DNA of 64,000 bases, from positions 1-64,000 of the forward strand of contig CDMY01000484.1 in assembly GCA_001179505.1 (NCBI GenBank), read 5' to 3'. Each line of letters starts with the position of its first letter. Position 1 is the stretch's first letter. Below, one piece after another: positions 41,601 to 52,839 of this stretch. This DNA is from Vitrella brassicaformis CCMP3155. Taxonomy: Eukaryota; Protista; Chromerida. Below the pieces are notes generated by a model that saw only the letters and a list, made by a program, of their open reading frames with translations, was not told where the DNA came from and did no database searches. The position numbers were made by a program, and so were the translations under genes.

Positions 41601-42470
41601 GAAGGTACTGTCAGGGTCGGATAAATGGGACGCTGCTTATATGGGAAAATCGTTATATGGGAAATGTCCCATTTAACCGTTGTGACCGTTGACGCATTTT
41701 CTAAGCCAGTGACATTCATTCATCGTGAGCCATCGCAATCACCTGCATGATGTCCAGCGTGCCTCACTGATCACTGTGAACCGAATTTCACCGTCGAGCA
41801 CCCACAAACAATCGAGATCGGGGCCGCCAAAGCGGGCCCAGCGAGCACGACAGAAGCAGCGAGGGAAACAAGCAACGGAGCAGCATGAGTGGCTCTCCTC
41901 CGAGCACTGGGAAGCATTTGCAGTGAAGCAACGAGTCGACAACCATTGTCAGACGAGCAGCAGGCCGCCTGCGGCCCTCCTCAACGCGGAGTGAGGAGTG
42001 CTTCTCTCGAGAGCCTCTCCGCCTCTCTGGAGAACCATAGACGTCATCATCGCATCGTCTGTTCCCCCTTTGAATAGCCATGAGTGTTGTATATACATGG
42101 AAACGTACCTTGACCCAAGGGTTCTTTCAGTCCCCTGGGGTCAAGGTACGTTTCTATGTATCTACAACACAAACGCACACTTTGCAGACACGCAGAAGGC
42201 GCATCTAGACACAGCCAAGCACGAGACATGCACCACAATGCGAGACATCGGCTTGTGCGGAAAACAAAACCAACAACATGTTGCAGGGTGAACTAATTCA
42301 GTGCATGAACTCCTCAAATCTCCTCTCTGTTGGATAACGCTTCGCTAGAAAAGGGAGGGAAGGCCCTCCAGCGAGTAACACCCTACCCCCCCAGGGTTTA
42401 GAGGTTTACGAACCTGTTACATGCGCCCCTCTTGTGACCCTAACCGACTTATCGGTAATTCTTGTCTACA

Positions 42471-45455
42471 ATGGCCCCACGTTTGTTAGACAAGTTGTGT
42501 ATTCTTCTTCTTCTCTTCGGGAACACTAACGCTATCACTGACGATGAAGTGCGACAACAAAACACGGAACAACTTCTGAGCCAACTGAGAGCCATGGGCA
42601 TCAACCCCACAGCGGGACCGCCGAAGGCCGGAGACGAAGAGGACCTGAATATCCCCGAGCCCTCGATGAACCTGGAGACTTTGAGGAAGGAGACCCCATT
42701 CACATACAGCCACCCCTTGCCTAACGCCGTCCTCGTCTCGCCGTACACAACGGTTGCTTTCAGAACGAAGGAGAAGGTGGACAAAGACAGCATCAAGGAC
42801 AAGATAGCCGTGCAAGGGGACGTGTCCGGCGACCACGACGGCGGCACGCGGTTACTAAGGGACAACCGCACTGTGTATTTCACACCAAAGGTGGCATTCA
42901 TGCCCGGTGAGAGGGTGTTTGTCAAGGTAGAGGCGGGAATCAAAACTACCGACGGCAACTCATTGCCCGCTGCGGACTGGAGCTTCACAATGTCATGGAA
43001 CAAAATGGACACGTACTCCGTAGGAAAGGCCCGGAGGCCCGCAAATGCCACCGATGATGCTTCGTCAGACGAGACACTGGACATATTCAGGAAAGTTCAG
43101 GACATAAACTGGCTCCTGGGGATTCCTGACCTCACCCCAGACGAAAGGAGCGGGACAGAAGTTGACGGCTCTGCTTGTGATGAGTCGAAGGAAAGGGAGC
43201 TCGGCGCCCCTTATTACATCCCTTCCTGCTCGTACGCACAGGTTTTCCGGCCACCAGGTCACTCTGTTGAGCACCAATGGGTCTGTTGGTGCCCTTAGGT
43301 ACCGTACGCTACCGAAGAGGTACCCACGTTCCAAAGTGACACCTGAAGGTGATTTGGGGAGGCTGTCACCGGGATACATCTTCACTTCCGTGCCAGCGCA
43401 GGTCATCATGACGTCGCTAGGAGGTACGATCTTATCCAAGTCGCTAGAAGGTCCTTACTCCCAATCCCCNNNNNNNNNNNNNNNNNNNNNNNNNNNNNNN
43501 NNNNNNNNNNNNNNNNNNNNNNNNNNNNNNNNNNNNNNNNNNNNNNNNNNNNNNNNNNNNNNNNNNNNNNNNNNNNNNNNNNNNNNNNNNNNNNNNNNNN
43601 NNNNNNNNNNNNNNNNNNNNNNNNNNNNNNNNNNNNNNNNNNNNNNNNNNNNNNNNNNNNNNNNNNNNNNNNNNNNNNNNNNNNNNNNNNNNNNNNNNNN
43701 NNNNNNNNNNNNNNNNNNNNNNNNNNNNNNNNNNNNNNNNNNNNNNNNNNNNNNNNNNNNNNNNNNNNNCCAAGACCCAGTGTTCTTCGACAGAACGTCA
43801 GGCCTGTTCAGAGTTGAGGTCACACCAGACGGCCAACTGATGTCGTCTTACACATGTACAAGCTTCGGCGAGGATTACAAGCAGCGTCGTGTTTTCCATG
43901 TCCAGCACGGAGGCAGTAAGCGATATATCCTCAGTAATAAAAAGAACGCAACAAGTTGCTTTGCTCTGCCAACAGAAAAAGATCCCCACGACTGTCGGCT
44001 GACGCGAAACGGAAATGCCTTGCTGATCATGTATGACAAATCTGCCAATTCTTTCATATTTACATGTGTTCTCCCGTGTCCAGCTACGATGTACAGCTGT
44101 TAGACGTAGAGAAGTTCAATCCAGAAGCAACCCTTCCCAAGGCTGGTGAGTGACGAACACTGATGGATGTACAAACTCTTGTTTTCTCGTGTGCATTTGT
44201 GCCTCGTTCCTGTCTTGCGTGGTATCAGCCGTCGGCGCAGTCGTCCAAGAAGTGGGATCGACAGGTAGGATCATCGTGCACAAGGAAGAGGGATGAAACC
44301 TTAGCTTTGCCGTACCCGAATGCGGTCAGGTGAGGTGATACTTGAATGGCGATCTTGGGATCATCTACCGCGAAGCCTTTGGGAGAGCTGGTTTCTACCG
44401 AAGGAAAAAGTGTTTGACATGTTTCATCTTAATGCGCTGGAGGAAGCTCGCGATGGGAACATCCTGCTTTCGTGAGACTTTTGTCTTGCTGGATTTGAGG
44501 ATGAGCAAAATGGTTTTCCGTTCTTTCTCAGAATGAGACGGACCTCACAAATTGTGAAGGTGGACAGGTTCGAAAGCACAGTGGTCATTTCATTTCCAAA
44601 CACTGAGTGGTGTGTGTCGGTGTGTAGGGATACTGGCGAAGTCATGTGGCGTCTTGGCGGGAAGGCGGGCAACTTCAGGTATGAATTGAGGTGACTCGGT
44701 TCGAAACAGTGCTTGCTGTGTTTTCTTTGAGGATTGTCAACGACCCAAAGGGTCAGTTTTTGGGGCAACACGACGTGAGAGACCTGGGGGAAAACCGAAT
44801 CAGCGTGTTTGACAACCAGCACATATACATCAAGTCAAATGACTACACATCACACGATGAGATGGATCGATCACGAGGTGCTGAGTATGATTTGCTTTTC
44901 AATCGTCATGGCCGTCCAAAGGAGGCCCGGTTGGTGAACGAGTATCACATAGGCATCACGGCTGGCGCACTAGGCAGTTACAGGCGGATGCACAACGGCA
45001 ACGGTGTTTACTGCCTGGGGGTAAGTTTGGAGAAGGGAAAGCTAGTCAACAATCCCTTTTACATCGAGACGGACCCGGACGGCAATCTGTTGACAAAGAT
45101 GGAGTGGACTCGGTTTCATTTTACCGGTCGCTCCGTGAAAAGCCAGTGGATTGGCGAGCCTGACTGGGACCCATCAATTCTGCTAGACTCAAACAATCTC
45201 ACCAAGACCCTGCGCCTTCATTTTTCGTGGAACGGTGCGACTGAAGTGAAGAAATGGCGAATTTTGATGGGGGAGAATGAAAACAAAACCCACTTGACAG
45301 ACGTGCTCGTAGAAATCGAGAAGACGCAGTTTGAGCACTGGGTTGATGTGATCGAGGGAGCCAAGAAGTGTCAGTACTTCCAGGCTGTGGCGATTGATAA
45401 AAAAGGAGAGGAGATGCGCCGATCGCCAATAGTTCAGACAAAGCCATGCAGTTGA
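42471..45455 (+). CDS. Arylsulfotransferase with N-terminal Ig domain, copy 3 (spans a gap)
   Basis: Signal peptide MAPRLLDKLCILLLLFGNTNA; Ig domain paralogous to copy 1; LEWRSWDH, DMFHLNAL, MWRLGG, GQHDVR, SVFDN, LGSYRRMHNGN, LHFSWNGATEVKKWRIL. N-gap at 43470-43769. Confidence 0.8.
43470..43769. other. Assembly gap (300 N)
   Basis: Run of N. Confidence 1.
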
Positions 45456-46800
45456 AGCTTTCTATGAGACAACAAACAAGGCAGGCACGGAGAGAGGGAA
45501 TTCGGGTTCAAAAAGGAGGAAGCGAATGGCCGCACCAATCTTTATAAGTATCTACATCAATACCTTGACCTTCAGACGGAACGCACCAGCGGTGCCGCTC
45601 AGTGTTCTGGCGGCCCTCCGTACATGACTAATGCGCGCGTCCGTAATCGTAGGAATGGGATATGGAGTCAGTGTCGGGTAAGCTTGAGTCTGTCCAGTAG
45701 TGGGAAATGATGCAGAGAAGACAACAGAATAAGCACGCGTCAACCAAAAAATACAGACTCTACTATACACACATGTTCGCCGACCACTCGGCATAGCAAG
45801 TTGGCTGACAAGAAACGTCACATAGAACAAACAGCTTCCACTCCAACAGAGGGCCAATGCCCTCTGGGAGATGTGTCGCTTGCAGCGGGGAGCGGGATGT
45901 GTTGCTTCGATGATGTTGCGTCTCTACCGGCGGTGCCATACATGTATGTACCGGGGAATCAGGAGGAGATCTTTCTCCTTGACGACTATGGGAAACAGTA
46001 GTGGAAGCTGTTTGTCTCACAGAAACAGACTCCTTATCATTGAAACAGACTCGAGAATGGCCATGCAGTGCATGATTCACACCAATAGATTCACACTTGC
46101 TTCACACTTGCATTCTTGGACCTATATATACGGACACGCATATGGATAGAGCCAAATTGTATTCAACTCCAAGCGGCTGATCGACCGACACACACAGACA
46201 ATGCATGCACCGCCTGCGCCCTGCCACCCCTATCCCTTCTTTCCACGCCCTTTCGACTTCGTCGGTCTCATGCGTTTCTGCACACACAACACACAGCACA
46301 CAAGCAACGCACAAATATGTGTGTCACGAGGTTGGAGGCCTGGACGGTGCGCGGCTCACAGCGGAACCTAAGAAACCCTACCCTGAACCGAAGGGTTTCG
46401 AACCATCCGATCAACCCCTTTAAGTGATATGACGTGTTGCGTGCATTCTGTGCGTGCGAACTCGTTTTTCGTCTCTTCCAATCTGTTTGTTTCGTCCATT
46501 AAAGCCTATCCCATTTCCACCACATACGTCCATCATCACTCACGCATCAGTTTCGCACACAAACACGCACAGAGTCTTACGCATATACACACACACTCAC
46601 GAGATGACGTAAATTCCCAAAACCGCCATCAGACTGCTCTGTATAATCGGGGACGCAGTTTACAGACGCAGAAAAGAGCATAGGCACCAATCGGCATGCA
46701 TATATACACACCCCGCCCGTCTCACTTGCTCAACGAGTCTCTCCCTTGTTCCTCTACCTAACCCGCCTTCCTTTACCCTCTCTCACTAGTCACTGGCTAG

Positions 46801-47529
46801 TCATTCCTGCATCGGCACAGCTCCGTCTTCGCCGTCGTTGTTGTTGTTGGCGAGCGGGTTGTTGGTGTTGATGTAGTATTCCGCCCTCAGTTGTTGCATC
46901 GTCTTGTTCTCGCAAAGCTTTTTGACGGCGTTTCGTGCACAGATGGTCTGCAACTTCTGAGACACACAGCAGAGGGACACCAACACACGCATCTCTCTAT
47001 CTGTCTGTTCTCTCTCTGTCTAATACATACACACCTGGATGAGTTTGATTCTGGTGCAATTGAGGCAGATGAAGTTGTGCTCCGTCATTGCCTGTGCCTG
47101 TGTCGCCACTTTGAACACCAAGTGGACCACGTCATTATACTTGTAGTGCTTGTAGTTGTCGGCACTCCCGTGGTATTTGCACACCCGTGTGTGACAGCTC
47201 ACGCACACCTTACAGCGAGGGCTTGCTGTCTTCTCCTGGCATCCAGGGATGGAGCAGGCCAAGCCCTTGGCTGTTTTGATGCCAGTAGGTCTTCTCTTCT
47301 TGTTGCTGTTGCTGTTGGTGTTCTCACTCCCTTCTGGTGGCTGTTTGCGGGGCACCTCCTTCACACACCCCTCAATAATCTCCTCCACCTCTTCCTGCCA
47401 GCGGGAGTGCGGGAAGGGGCTGGCATTGCGGTCAATGGCTTCGCTGTGGTAGAGGGGGTGTATGATGACGGCGTGCAAACCCATAACTAGGACAAAGAAG
47501 GGGAGGGGGGTGTCTTTCGTCCAGGTCAT
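46801..47529 (-). CDS. Two-exon Cys/His-rich (putative zinc-binding) hypothetical protein
   Basis: CSIPGC..CKVCVSC..VCKYH..CLNC. An in-frame 88-bp GT-AG intron (47034-46947) joins KLIQ to KLQT. Start uncertain (47529 or 47484). Confidence 0.5.
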
Positions 47530-47830
47530 TGTGACGTCAAACAAGGGAAGGAAACGGGAAGGCGGGTGGAAAGAACAACAAAGGCGGGAACCGTTGAGCA
47601 AGAGAGAGGGCGTGGCGGAACCACAAACGAGAATAGATACGCAAAAGCAGAAGATATCCGTCACGGCGATTAAATGATGCCTTGCTTGCTTGTCCAGATC
47701 TAGCGAACCCCCGCATTTACCATGGCCACTATACCTCAGGTGGTCGGGTGCCTTATTGGAATCCACATGTCGTGAGTTCAACCCCTGTCGGGGATGGATA
47801 CACGGAAATTTACACAGGACGGTTAAACTG

Positions 47831-48035
47831 CTAACGGACAGTCTCTAAAAGAGAGACTGGACGGGGTTTAGTGCTAACGGCCGTGTAACGCAGGGATGTG
47901 GAGAGATAGGGCAAGCCTGTTAACGGACAGTGGAAAAGGGGACGGGGCTTGAAGGACAATGGAATGTGGAGGGATAGGGCAAACTTATTAACGGACAGTG
48001 GAAAACTGGACGGGGCTTGAAGAAAATGGAATGAA
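47831..48035. repeat. Terminal-type repeats at the left edge of the viral element
   Basis: Two ~68-bp direct repeats (gatagggcaa..taacggacagtggaaaa..ggacggggcttgaag at 47905 and 47973), a more diverged third copy at 47831, and hairpin CAGTCTCT-AAAAG-AGAGACTG at 47839-47859. Confidence 0.7.
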
Positions 48036-48161
48036 TGGTGGAATGGGTGGAAAAATGGAAGGGCAAGGAGGAGGGGAGAGGGAAAGAAAAAGATGGAGTA
48101 TGACAAATCGTATATATTCTACTTTCAATATTCTATGAATTAAAAAGTCATACCAATATAG

Positions 48162-48338
48162 ATGTTTAATAATTTGATTCAACAATTGAAAAAAAATAAA
48201 AATACAAATAATGATAATAGTAATGATGGAAAAATACTTTACCAGTTTTATTTAAAGCGTCTGAAAAATGCGAAAATAAAAGATGCGGAGCAGGTGGCTC
48301 GGCGGATAGAGCGTGCAGTCAATACAAAAATGAAATGA
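48162..48338 (+). CDS. Small basic viral ORF (58 aa)
   Basis: Translated by hand: MFNNLIQQLKK..EQVARRIERAVNTKMK; below the ORF-track length cutoff. Confidence 0.4.
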   Translation: MFNNLIQQLKKNKNTNNDNSNDGKILYQFYLKRLKNAKIKDAEQVARRIERAVNTKMK

Positions 48339-48385
48339 AAATAATTATATATAAATTAATAATTATATATAAATTAATAAATGAG

Positions 48386-49048
48386 ATGCACGAAAAAATA
48401 CGGAACTGCCGAGAGCTATTCAATAAGATCGCTAACGAGAAGAAGTGCTGGATACTGTTAATTACGGGAAGAATTAATACGGGAAAGACCCTGATTGCAC
48501 TATCATTATATCGGTATCTGCGGGATAGGAATAAGTTTGATGATGAGCTTATAGTGACGGTGCAACCTGAATTGTGGTTAAAGAATGGCGTGAAGCGTCA
48601 TAAGGTTTTGACCAAAGTAACAGAAGAGCAAATCAAGGCGTTAGCGGAACATCAAGAGAAGACAAAGAAGCGAAGACGAGTGCTTTTAATACTTGACGAT
48701 AGTATTGCTACGATGGACGACACGAGAAGTAAAGAATTTGAGAGATTACTTACTATTGTTAGACATATGAATGTCAGTATTGTTCAGATAAGTCAGTCTG
48801 TAAAAAGAGTATCAACATTAATAAGAAGCATTTATGATTTTGCATTTTTATAACGCCAATGTGGCCATGGTAGTCTGGCAATTCTTCACGAAGAGATATT
48901 CAATGATGGCAAAAAAAAATCAGAATTTTATAAGTATTTTGATAATGCAACAAATAATTATTGTTTTGTTTCAGTAAATGCACGTAGTCCAAACACAGAA
49001 ATAAAGGAGAATTACTGTGATTATAAATCGTTTGGGATTATAGAATAA
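48386..49048 (+). pseudogene. A32-like/FtsK-HerA genome-packaging ATPase with internal TAA
   Basis: Walker A GRINTGKT, Walker B LLILDD, VRH..SIVQISQ. After TAA at 48851-48853 the same frame continues RQCGHGSLAILHEEIF..FYKYFDNATNNYCFVSVN to TAA at 49046-49048. Confidence 0.85.
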
Positions 49049-49049
49049 A

Positions 49050-50006
49050 TTAACGTGGGACTTGTAGTAGCGGTTGTATGTTATCTCCTATTCTTGGCCC
49101 TCTTGTCGTTCTGTGTGTCGTTGGTGGCTGATAGGCTGGTGCAGGAGGGTTCCATTCAGGTGGAATATTAAGCGGTGGCTCTGGTGCAGGAGGTGGTATT
49201 TGTCTTGGTCCTGTTTCAGGTTCTGGTTCATAATTGGGTGGAAAATTAGTTGGTGGTTCGGGTGCTGGTTCGGGTAATGCAGGAGGTGGCGGTTCAATTG
49301 GTTCAGGTTGCGGTTCAAAAGGCGGTTCTTCTAATGGTTCAGGCAAACCTCCATCAGCGGGAGGAAGTTGAGGTGGAGGAGGAGGTGGTGGTGGTTGCTG
49401 TGGAGGTGGAATATAGCGATGATTAATTAATTGATCTTGTATTTCATCAGTATCCGCAACTTTAAGAACCTCTTGAACAGATAAATCAACATTAGCATTC
49501 TTACCCAAGAATTTTTCAAAAAATGATTTAATGGTTGGATTATTTAAATCTGATGAATAAACATTAAAGCCATTATCTCTACTATTTAATGCACCTTTAA
49601 GTATATCATTTCTTTTAAGTATATTCATGAAAGCATCAAGTTTGTTTTCTTTATTAAGTTCATTCACATTAACAAGCAAAGCACGATTATCTTTAAAATT
49701 ATAGAAGGTATCTTTATCCCAAGTAAATCCTTTTTTCTTGTCAATGGGAGGGAAAGTAAATAGCATTTGTCCTTCTTCTAGTTCAGGTGGTATGTCAGTA
49801 ACTTTGTGTAGACTAAATAAAGGTGCTTTTGTTTTTGGTAATAAATTTTCAGCCTGTGATTTAAGATAATCTAGGCCAGCATCATAATTTTCTCGCTCTT
49901 CATCATTCATTCCCCAGTACAAATCGTGTAGTTCTTTTAATTGTGTTGAATTATTAGTCATGTTATAAATGGTTTGAAAAAGTGTATCCTCAGTAAAAGC
50001 ACTCAT
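49050..50006 (-). CDS. Viral hypothetical protein with long proline-rich C-terminus (318 aa)
   Basis: Intact ORF; PPPQQPPPPPPPP and PEPE/PAPEPP repeats. Confidence 0.7.
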   Translation of the reverse strand: MSAFTEDTLFQTIYNMTNNSTQLKELHDLYWGMNDEERENYDAGLDYLKSQAENLLPKTKAPLFSLHKVTDIPPELEEGQMLFTFPPIDKKKGFTWDKDTFYNFKDNRALLVNVNELNKENKLDAFMNILKRNDILKGALNSRDNGFNVYSSDLNNPTIKSFFEKFLGKNANVDLSVQEVLKVADTDEIQDQLINHRYIPPPQQPPPPPPPPQLPPADGGLPEPLEEPPFEPQPEPIEPPPPALPEPAPEPPTNFPPNYEPEPETGPRQIPPPAPEPPLNIPPEWNPPAPAYQPPTTHRTTRGPRIGDNIQPLLQVPR

Positions 50007-50040
50007 ATTCTATATATTTATCTCTTTATTTTTTTTTTGC

Positions 50041-50607
50041 CTACTGTCGCTGGTTTATCAGAGCTTGACCAAGACGCAAGTTCGGGTCATTATAAGTTTG
50101 TCTCTGTGTCTGCATGGCTAATTGACTTAATTTATCAGGCAGTAGTTCGTTATACATTTTAAGTTCAGCAGAGGCGATAGGGTTAATAACAGCCTGTGCC
50201 ATAGATACAGCTTCACTTTCAGTATATCCAAGTCTCATAAATTTAGTAATGTAGTATATTTTGACACTTTTAATGTATGACCGAATACGGATAAGTTCAT
50301 TGAGTTTATTAGTTAAATAACCTTGTGGTTGAGTAACAGAACGAATATAATTGGTCAACCGAATAATTTGTTTGTCAATATTCCCACTGTCATTAACAAT
50401 GGGTTGAGCGTGATAATCAGCATTTGCATGACCCAATCCTTGCATAATATTATACAACTCACTATCTTGAATTCCATGAGGTTCAATTGTGCTGTCTCTG
50501 GTTGCTCTTGCTGTCTGACCCTGACGCACTACTGGACGTAATTGACTTACTGCATTGACAAGACCCTGAGGATTAATTTGAGTTGCTGCTGGTAGTGCTG
50601 CTGCCAT
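50041..50607 (-). CDS. Viral hypothetical helical protein (188 aa)
   Basis: Intact ORF in the capsid-gene block with a TATATA-like motif upstream. Confidence 0.7.
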   Translation of the reverse strand: MAAALPAATQINPQGLVNAVSQLRPVVRQGQTARATRDSTIEPHGIQDSELYNIMQGLGHANADYHAQPIVNDSGNIDKQIIRLTNYIRSVTQPQGYLTNKLNELIRIRSYIKSVKIYYITKFMRLGYTESEAVSMAQAVINPIASAELKMYNELLPDKLSQLAMQTQRQTYNDPNLRLGQALINQRQ

Positions 50608-50673
50608 CTCTACTTAATTAAGTTGTATATATATTTTTATAAAAAAAATAATTAATTGTATTCAGTTTAATAT

Positions 50674-51927
50674 TCACTGCAAAATAGTTAATTGACCTGA
50701 CGAAGGGACGCATTGAAGTAGTTGGTAACTATAATTTACAATATGAATTGTGTAATCTTCTGCTGTTGGAGAGTCAAACGATACCGATATTCTCTCATTC
50801 CCAGTCAATTTTTTGTAGCCAAAGCTAGATCCTGACAAAAGTGCTATTGGTGCCCGAGTTGAGAAAGAAAAGAAATAAGTATTCGGATTTTCAAGAAACG
50901 AGCTATTTCGTAGGTATTTATCAAAGTATTCATATGCCATGACACTTCTCTTAAATGCACTGTTGACTTCACTGGCATATGATATGATATTACCTGAACT
51001 ATCTTTTAGAACAAAACTTTTAATTGCTACATTATTATCAATTATATCATCACCAGTAGGTGAAGGTTTAGTAATGTAAAATAGAATAAATGCAGAACAT
51101 GAAGTAAAGTTAATGTATTTATCCAGCCAATCAGTGGTTCCAATAGGAATGTGCATCTGGGCTCGCTCTGGAAGCAGAATACGGTAATGCTTGATATTGC
51201 GATTGGCAAGGATTGCGGACTTAATTGACTTGTTAAAGTCTTGGAAAAAACACCAGAGACGGCAGGATTCAATACCTCCGCCAGTTGGAGACGTCCCGTC
51301 ATAAACAAAACTATCATCAAGGCTTCGGAACTTAACAACAATACGCAATTTTCCTTTTAGGAACATAAGGGGAAGGTCAGTGTTAAAGAAGACGCTACGA
51401 AGTGGAAGGTAATATGTCAGTCTACTGTTCGTGTTATCGTCTGCTCTCTCCACTGCTGTCCCCATTCCAGCGAATGTATTAATTGTATCCAATGCTTCCG
51501 AAGCATGTGATAAAGCGATCGCCCAGTATAAATCTTCCCCATGAAAAACCTTTAACATATGAGTTCCATTGCCACTAAAAATTGTGACTTGGTCAATAAA
51601 AAGAGGTACTTTATTGTAATACAATCCATTAGCAGTGCCTCCTGTCTGTGAGAGTTGCGACAGTTTTATCTCAAAATAAGCATTCAAAAGCATATAACTT
51701 TCCTCAATTTCCCATACAGCAGTATTGGAAAAATCGGGAGTTCCCGATGTCTTTTCATACACCCTAAATTCTCCCTTATTCCACTGACTATTTGCCGAAA
51801 TATTAGACTTTGCCAGATTGAAGACTAGACCGCTTTTTGATTTCTGCGGAAGATGACGAAATTTATTAAGGGTTGCATCAACATTTTCGGGCATATTCAA
51901 ACTTTTCTGAACAGCAGATTTAGACAT
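50674..51927 (-). CDS. Major capsid protein, double jelly-roll (PLV/Polinton type), 417 aa
   Basis: Size, beta-rich pattern (LLNAYFEIKL, FIDQVTIFSG, YYLPLRSVFF..LPL..KLRIVVKF, YFFSFS, IHIVNYSYQLL) and context with ATPase, penton, pPolB and integrase. Confidence 0.8.
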   Translation of the reverse strand: MSKSAVQKSLNMPENVDATLNKFRHLPQKSKSGLVFNLAKSNISANSQWNKGEFRVYEKTSGTPDFSNTAVWEIEESYMLLNAYFEIKLSQLSQTGGTANGLYYNKVPLFIDQVTIFSGNGTHMLKVFHGEDLYWAIALSHASEALDTINTFAGMGTAVERADDNTNSRLTYYLPLRSVFFNTDLPLMFLKGKLRIVVKFRSLDDSFVYDGTSPTGGGIESCRLWCFFQDFNKSIKSAILANRNIKHYRILLPERAQMHIPIGTTDWLDKYINFTSCSAFILFYITKPSPTGDDIIDNNVAIKSFVLKDSSGNIISYASEVNSAFKRSVMAYEYFDKYLRNSSFLENPNTYFFSFSTRAPIALLSGSSFGYKKLTGNERISVSFDSPTAEDYTIHIVNYSYQLLQCVPSSGQLTILQ

Positions 51928-51998
51928 ATTGATTTTGGTTTCTCAATATCCGAACGAGGATATATATAAAAAATAATATAAAAATAATTAATTAATTA

Positions 51999-52487
51999 TC
52001 ACTCAACGGGTGGAACTTCGGGTGCCATCGCTCCCTCTTCAAGTTTTTTTGCTATTTGTTCGCTAATCATATCACCAGCATAATGTGCCACAAAATACAC
52101 CACAACAAGTGAATAATCAGGATCTTTACTAAACAAAAGCTCATTTGCCATTCGTGCGACTACACCCCGTAAAGCACCTACCATTGCTTTATTTTCAAGT
52201 TTCAGATTTAGAAATATCGGGCTCATAAGTAAATCATTTACAACATCTGAATAAGTTGATAGAAGACTGCTTAACCCTTCGTGGACATCTGCTGATAATC
52301 TGAAACCAGCAATATATTTATCTGCTCTTCGCTTTTTATACGGGTTTATTTTACTCAATGACCAGACCAGTGATGAAGTGACCAGACTTTTCATATTCGC
52401 CTTTACAAAAGTTGTTGCAAAATTTGTGTATGAACTTAAAAAATCAAAAGAAGACCCACCTGTTGCTTCTTCTTCTAATGTTGTCAT
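51999..52487 (-). CDS. Viral hypothetical protein (162 aa)
   Basis: Intact ORF, amphipathic or hydrophobic helices. Confidence 0.65.
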   Translation of the reverse strand: MTTLEEEATGGSSFDFLSSYTNFATTFVKANMKSLVTSSLVWSLSKINPYKKRRADKYIAGFRLSADVHEGLSSLLSTYSDVVNDLLMSPIFLNLKLENKAMVGALRGVVARMANELLFSKDPDYSLVVVYFVAHYAGDMISEQIAKKLEEGAMAPEVPPVE

Positions 52488-52529
52488 TACAATTGTATAT
52501 AAAATAAAAGAAAAAGATAATTATTTAAT

Positions 52530-52802
52530 TTATGTTATAGTTCTCACACTCTCAAAAATTCCCCACAATCTGATAGTTAATGCGATTCCTACCACAGATA
52601 ATAATACAATTGTAATATACGATAAAAATAACCTGCTTCCATCTCCTTTTCTGGTCTGACTTGGATGAAGTTTCGGAGCGGATTTACTTAACATATTACT
52701 TGTCGTTGCATCTATCGCTTCATAAATTATCTCGTAAATCTGATCCAATACTGGAAGTAAAACTTCTTGTGTGATAAACGACCCGATGCCAAGTGAGGAC
52801 AT
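52530..52802 (-). CDS. Small viral membrane protein (90 aa)
   Basis: C-terminal TM LFLSYITIVLLSVVGIALTI. Confidence 0.65.
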   Translation of the reverse strand: MSSLGIGSFITQEVLLPVLDQIYEIIYEAIDATTSNMLSKSAPKLHPSQTRKGDGSRLFLSYITIVLLSVVGIALTIRLWGIFESVRTIT

Positions 52803-52839
52803 AATATGATTATATTATATGATGAAAAATATTAATTTA

